IMG/VR virus record: IMGVR_UViG_3300032216_000505
Coordinates: 1-36,893 of that record
Source of the DNA: a virus
Taxonomy: Duplodnaviria > Caudoviricetes
DNA: 36,893 nucleotides
Strand: one strand, 5' to 3'
A program made the position numbers and the translations under genes. Positions 34,195-36,893 of this stretch are shown piece by piece (position 1 is the first letter of the stretch; each line of letters begins with the position of its first letter). The notes under the pieces are model-generated. The model was not told the origin of the DNA. It searched no databases and was given only the letters and a program-made list of their open reading frames with translations.

Positions 34195-36398
34195 GCTGGT
34201 AGGTACTTGTATGCCTTTGTATCTGCTGCTATGTTCTTTGTCTTATTTCTTTTTGCCTTAATACGATCCATCATGGCATATAAACGCTTGGCTCCAGCAT
34301 CTGTCGATCCATTGCCAAGTTCAGAAACAATACGGGCTGGTATTACAAATTCACCTTCAGCCAAACGTGCTGGCTGTTTACCACCAATTGTAGCAGGGAT
34401 AGAATCGCTTACTCCATCACCAGGACCTCTTAATAAACGTCCGCCATCAGAATAGTCGCCTAAATGACCACCTGTTGCATAACCCATTAATCCGCCACCG
34501 GCTGCATTTTCAATTGGTCCGCCTAATGGAAATTGGATTGCTTCTTGGGCAGCTTTTTCTGCTGCAATCCTATCTTGTTCTGCTTGATACTCTGGAGTGC
34601 CATGCATTAATTTTGGATCAATTCTGTATCCTTGGCTTCCAACTGCTCCATTTTGTGCGGGCATTGGCAATCCTGATGGGGCTGGAGCAGTCTGAGGATT
34701 ATAAGAAGCCTGTTGCATATTAAATGGATTAACTGTGTAATCAGGATAGGTTGGTTGATATATATGTGATTGAGGTGCAGAAGCTGATGCAGCCAAAGCT
34801 TTAGACAAATTATTTTGATCCAATCCAATTGCAGAGCCACCATTTGCATAACTCATTAATCCGCCAGATTTTGCTTCTTCTGTGGAGGCGTCTTTGGCAA
34901 TAGATTCTTTTGCTTTTGCTTCTGCTGCAGCTTGAGCTGCTGGGGTCATATCTAATGCACCAAGCACGGCAGTCTTAGGAAGACCTTTAGCAGGCTTTAC
35001 ATGAGAAGCAGTAAGGTGTTTCTTAAGCAATGCTTGGGCACGGTTATAAGAATCTAAAGGAGCAAGATCTGTGTCTTCTCTCATATCTCCAAAGTCTGGA
35101 GTAGGAGTTTCCATTAAACGTCTTTTGGTAGCCGTATCAACTCCCTCTTGGATATCATTTAAGCCAGATACCATGCTTCCATAATTGCCAGCATATTGAG
35201 CAATGCCGCCTTGTGCAAACTGAGCAGGAGGCATTCCCATTTGATTATATGGTGCTGCTAATCCCATTGTTGGCATAGCCATCGTCTGTGGGGAATATTG
35301 TCCTTGACCATAAGTACTACCTCCGCCAGCGGGTGTGTAGCCATTGGCAGTAGATGGTTGATTTTGAGACTGTTGAACATATGGAGTATTGGCTAATCCA
35401 CCAGCAGAACCATCAGTATTTTGGTCTCCAATCATAGGAGCAGAACCACCAATAGCCATTTTCATTACGCCACCAGAAGCAGCGCCAACAGGTGTATATG
35501 GGTTAGTTTGGTAATTAGGATAGGTAGGTTTGTATGCTGGATTAGGTTGAGCTGGTAAAGAAGCATTAAAGATTGGATTACCATTTGCATCCCTTGGAAT
35601 TTCTTTTAAACCAAAAGGATTTTTTTGTGCTGTTGATCCAGGAGCTGCATTAGTTTTTTTGCCCAATAAATCACTACCCAACAATAATGGAGCTACTGCA
35701 CCAACTGCTGCCATAGGATTTGCGGAAATTGCTGAACCCCATCCACTTAAACTGGTGGCTCCTTTAGCAAGATTTGCAGCGGGAGTTGAACCCATAGCGG
35801 CATTAGCAGCACCAGCTTGTCTTGCAACTTCTGCGGCATTACTATCTGTTAAACCACCAGCTATATTTGTTGCTTGGTCAGCTGTCAAATTGCTTGCATT
35901 ATTAATAGCTGTTTGTGCATTACCAGCACCATAAGTGGTTGCTGTATCATACATTGCAGGGTTAGCAGCAGATGCAGCTTGGTTTTTAGCAAACTCTTCA
36001 GCAGCAGCATTTCCACCTTCAGATGCAATAGCCGTTTCTCCAGCAGCCTCAAGACCGCCCGCTAATGTACCGCCTGACCAAGTACCCAGACCAGCCATAA
36101 GACCTTGTGTAAGGCTTCCTGTCATGGCATAGTCAGCCGCACCTACACCAGCGGCAATTAGGGGTAAAAACTCAACTTGACCTGTAGCTACGGCTAAAGC
36201 GCCCACAGCCATAGGCAATACAGAACTTAAAAACCCTGCCTCTGGAAGTCCAGTTTTAGGATTAATTGTTAGTGATCCACCATGAGCTTGAGCCAAACCT
36301 TGTAATGCCTTTACTTCCCCAGAAGTCATATGAACCAGCATATCATCTGGTCCACGTCCTTGGTCTTTTAAATGTTTGGCAATGTGGTGTAGGCTCAT
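34191..36398 (-). CDS. Putative ejection/pilot protein
   Basis: GRGPDDMLVHM...INPKTGLPEA N-terminus; GPGDGVSDSIPA...GEFVIPA C-terminus; A-GG repeats. Confidence 0.65.
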   Translation of the reverse strand: MSLHHIAKHLKDQGRGPDDMLVHMTSGEVKALQGLAQAHGGSLTINPKTGLPEAGFLSSVLPMAVGALAVATGQVEFLPLIAAGVGAADYAMTGSLTQGLMAGLGTWSGGTLAGGLEAAGETAIASEGGNAAAEEFAKNQAASAANPAMYDTATTYGAGNAQTAINNASNLTADQATNIAGGLTDSNAAEVARQAGAANAAMGSTPAANLAKGATSLSGWGSAISANPMAAVGAVAPLLLGSDLLGKKTNAAPGSTAQKNPFGLKEIPRDANGNPIFNASLPAQPNPAYKPTYPNYQTNPYTPVGAASGGVMKMAIGGSAPMIGDQNTDGSAGGLANTPYVQQSQNQPSTANGYTPAGGGSTYGQGQYSPQTMAMPTMGLAAPYNQMGMPPAQFAQGGIAQYAGNYGSMVSGLNDIQEGVDTATKRRLMETPTPDFGDMREDTDLAPLDSYNRAQALLKKHLTASHVKPAKGLPKTAVLGALDMTPAAQAAAEAKAKESIAKDASTEEAKSGGLMSYANGGSAIGLDQNNLSKALAASASAPQSHIYQPTYPDYTVNPFNMQQASYNPQTAPAPSGLPMPAQNGAVGSQGYRIDPKLMHGTPEYQAEQDRIAAEKAAQEAIQFPLGGPIENAAGGGLMGYATGGHLGDYSDGGRLLRGPGDGVSDSIPATIGGKQPARLAEGEFVIPARIVSELGNGSTDAGAKRLYAMMDRIKAKRNKTKNIAADTKAYKYLPA

Positions 36399-36436
36399 AT
36401 ACTACCTTAGAGGTTGTTTGGGGTTGATTTTAACAT

Positions 36437-36736
36437 TTAAACTGTTGTTCCGTCAGCTTTTTTCCATACCGTACCGTTCCACCAAATAGGTCTATCTAAA
36501 GTAGTGTCGTAGTAAAACTGCCCTACCGGTAATGGTGCTTGTACAGATTGTAGGGGTCTTTGTGCCGTAATCCCAGAAAGAGGGATAGCCGCCGCTTGGG
36601 TGAAGTTATCTATCTGGTTAAAGTATAAACGCAGCACGTTTGAGTACTGGTCAAAATATCCAGAGCTATACCCCTCGATTGGGGCATTAGGCAGGTTGGG
36701 CGCTTTTGGTGAGCGTAGTGGTGCGTTATAAGCCAT
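36437..36736 (-). CDS. Small tail-associated hypothetical protein
   Basis: APNLP-AP--Y...NVLRLYFNQID; C-terminal G-TAQRP...GQFYYDTTL--PIWWNG--W. Confidence 0.6.
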   Translation of the reverse strand: MAYNAPLRSPKAPNLPNAPIEGYSSGYFDQYSNVLRLYFNQIDNFTQAAAIPLSGITAQRPLQSVQAPLPVGQFYYDTTLDRPIWWNGTVWKKADGTTV

Positions 36737-36893
36737 TTACCTTCTGCCGTCAGGACGCAAATCTATTCTAGGATAGCCCATCTGCCAAGCTACACCTAGC
36801 CCATCAGACTCAATCCTATACGCCATTTGGCGGCCCCTAATCCGGGTGTATACCTGCCCATCAAATTGTTGGACAACATAGGAATGCTGACGA
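36737..36893 (-). CDS. C-terminal end of a tail tubular/stabilisation protein (partial)
   Basis: Reads ...GQVYTRIRGRQMAYRIESDGLGVAWQMGYPRIDLRPDGRR*; position before the ejection genes fits a P22 gp10-like gene. Confidence 0.65.
   Translation of the reverse strand, partial: RQHSYVVQQFDGQVYTRIRGRQMAYRIESDGLGVAWQMGYPRIDLRPDGRR

Overview
A 36.9-kb slice of a tailed dsDNA phage genome. The head, ejection-protein and tail-tube gene order looks podovirus-like. A proteobacterial, probably betaproteobacterial, host is inferred from LexA-type and PhaR-like boxes. Left arm (- strand): start of the major capsid gene, capsid-associated proteins, scaffold, GroES-like protein, portal, terminase large and small subunits, and a LexA-like wHTH gene. 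8.4-13.5 kb (+ strand): an early operon of small, mostly acidic ORFs. 13.5-25.5 kb (mostly - strand): replication/recombination genes (Toprim primase, SF2 helicase, ParB-like, SSB-like, ERF, PD-(D/E)XK nuclease; RusA on +) and many small accessory ORFs. 26-36.9 kb (- strand): a large polyvalent/ejection protein, two more ejection-type proteins and the end of a tail gene. The most striking signal is non-coding. Three complete type I hammerhead ribozymes punctuate the early operon, each ending 0-1 nt before an identical 12-nt ribosome-binding leader AACTGCTAGGAG (6 exact copies before start codons). About 7-9 kb away, a predicted ~120-nt sRNA with its own sigma70 promoter and terminator carries the exact antisense of that leader (CUCCUAGCAG) plus two C-rich anti-Shine-Dalgarno loops. 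A second ~250-nt highly structured RNA lies just downstream. Together these suggest an RNA-based gene-control circuit (ribozyme processing plus a multi-target anti-SD sRNA). All protein calls come from motif recognition by eye; no database searches or folding programs were run.
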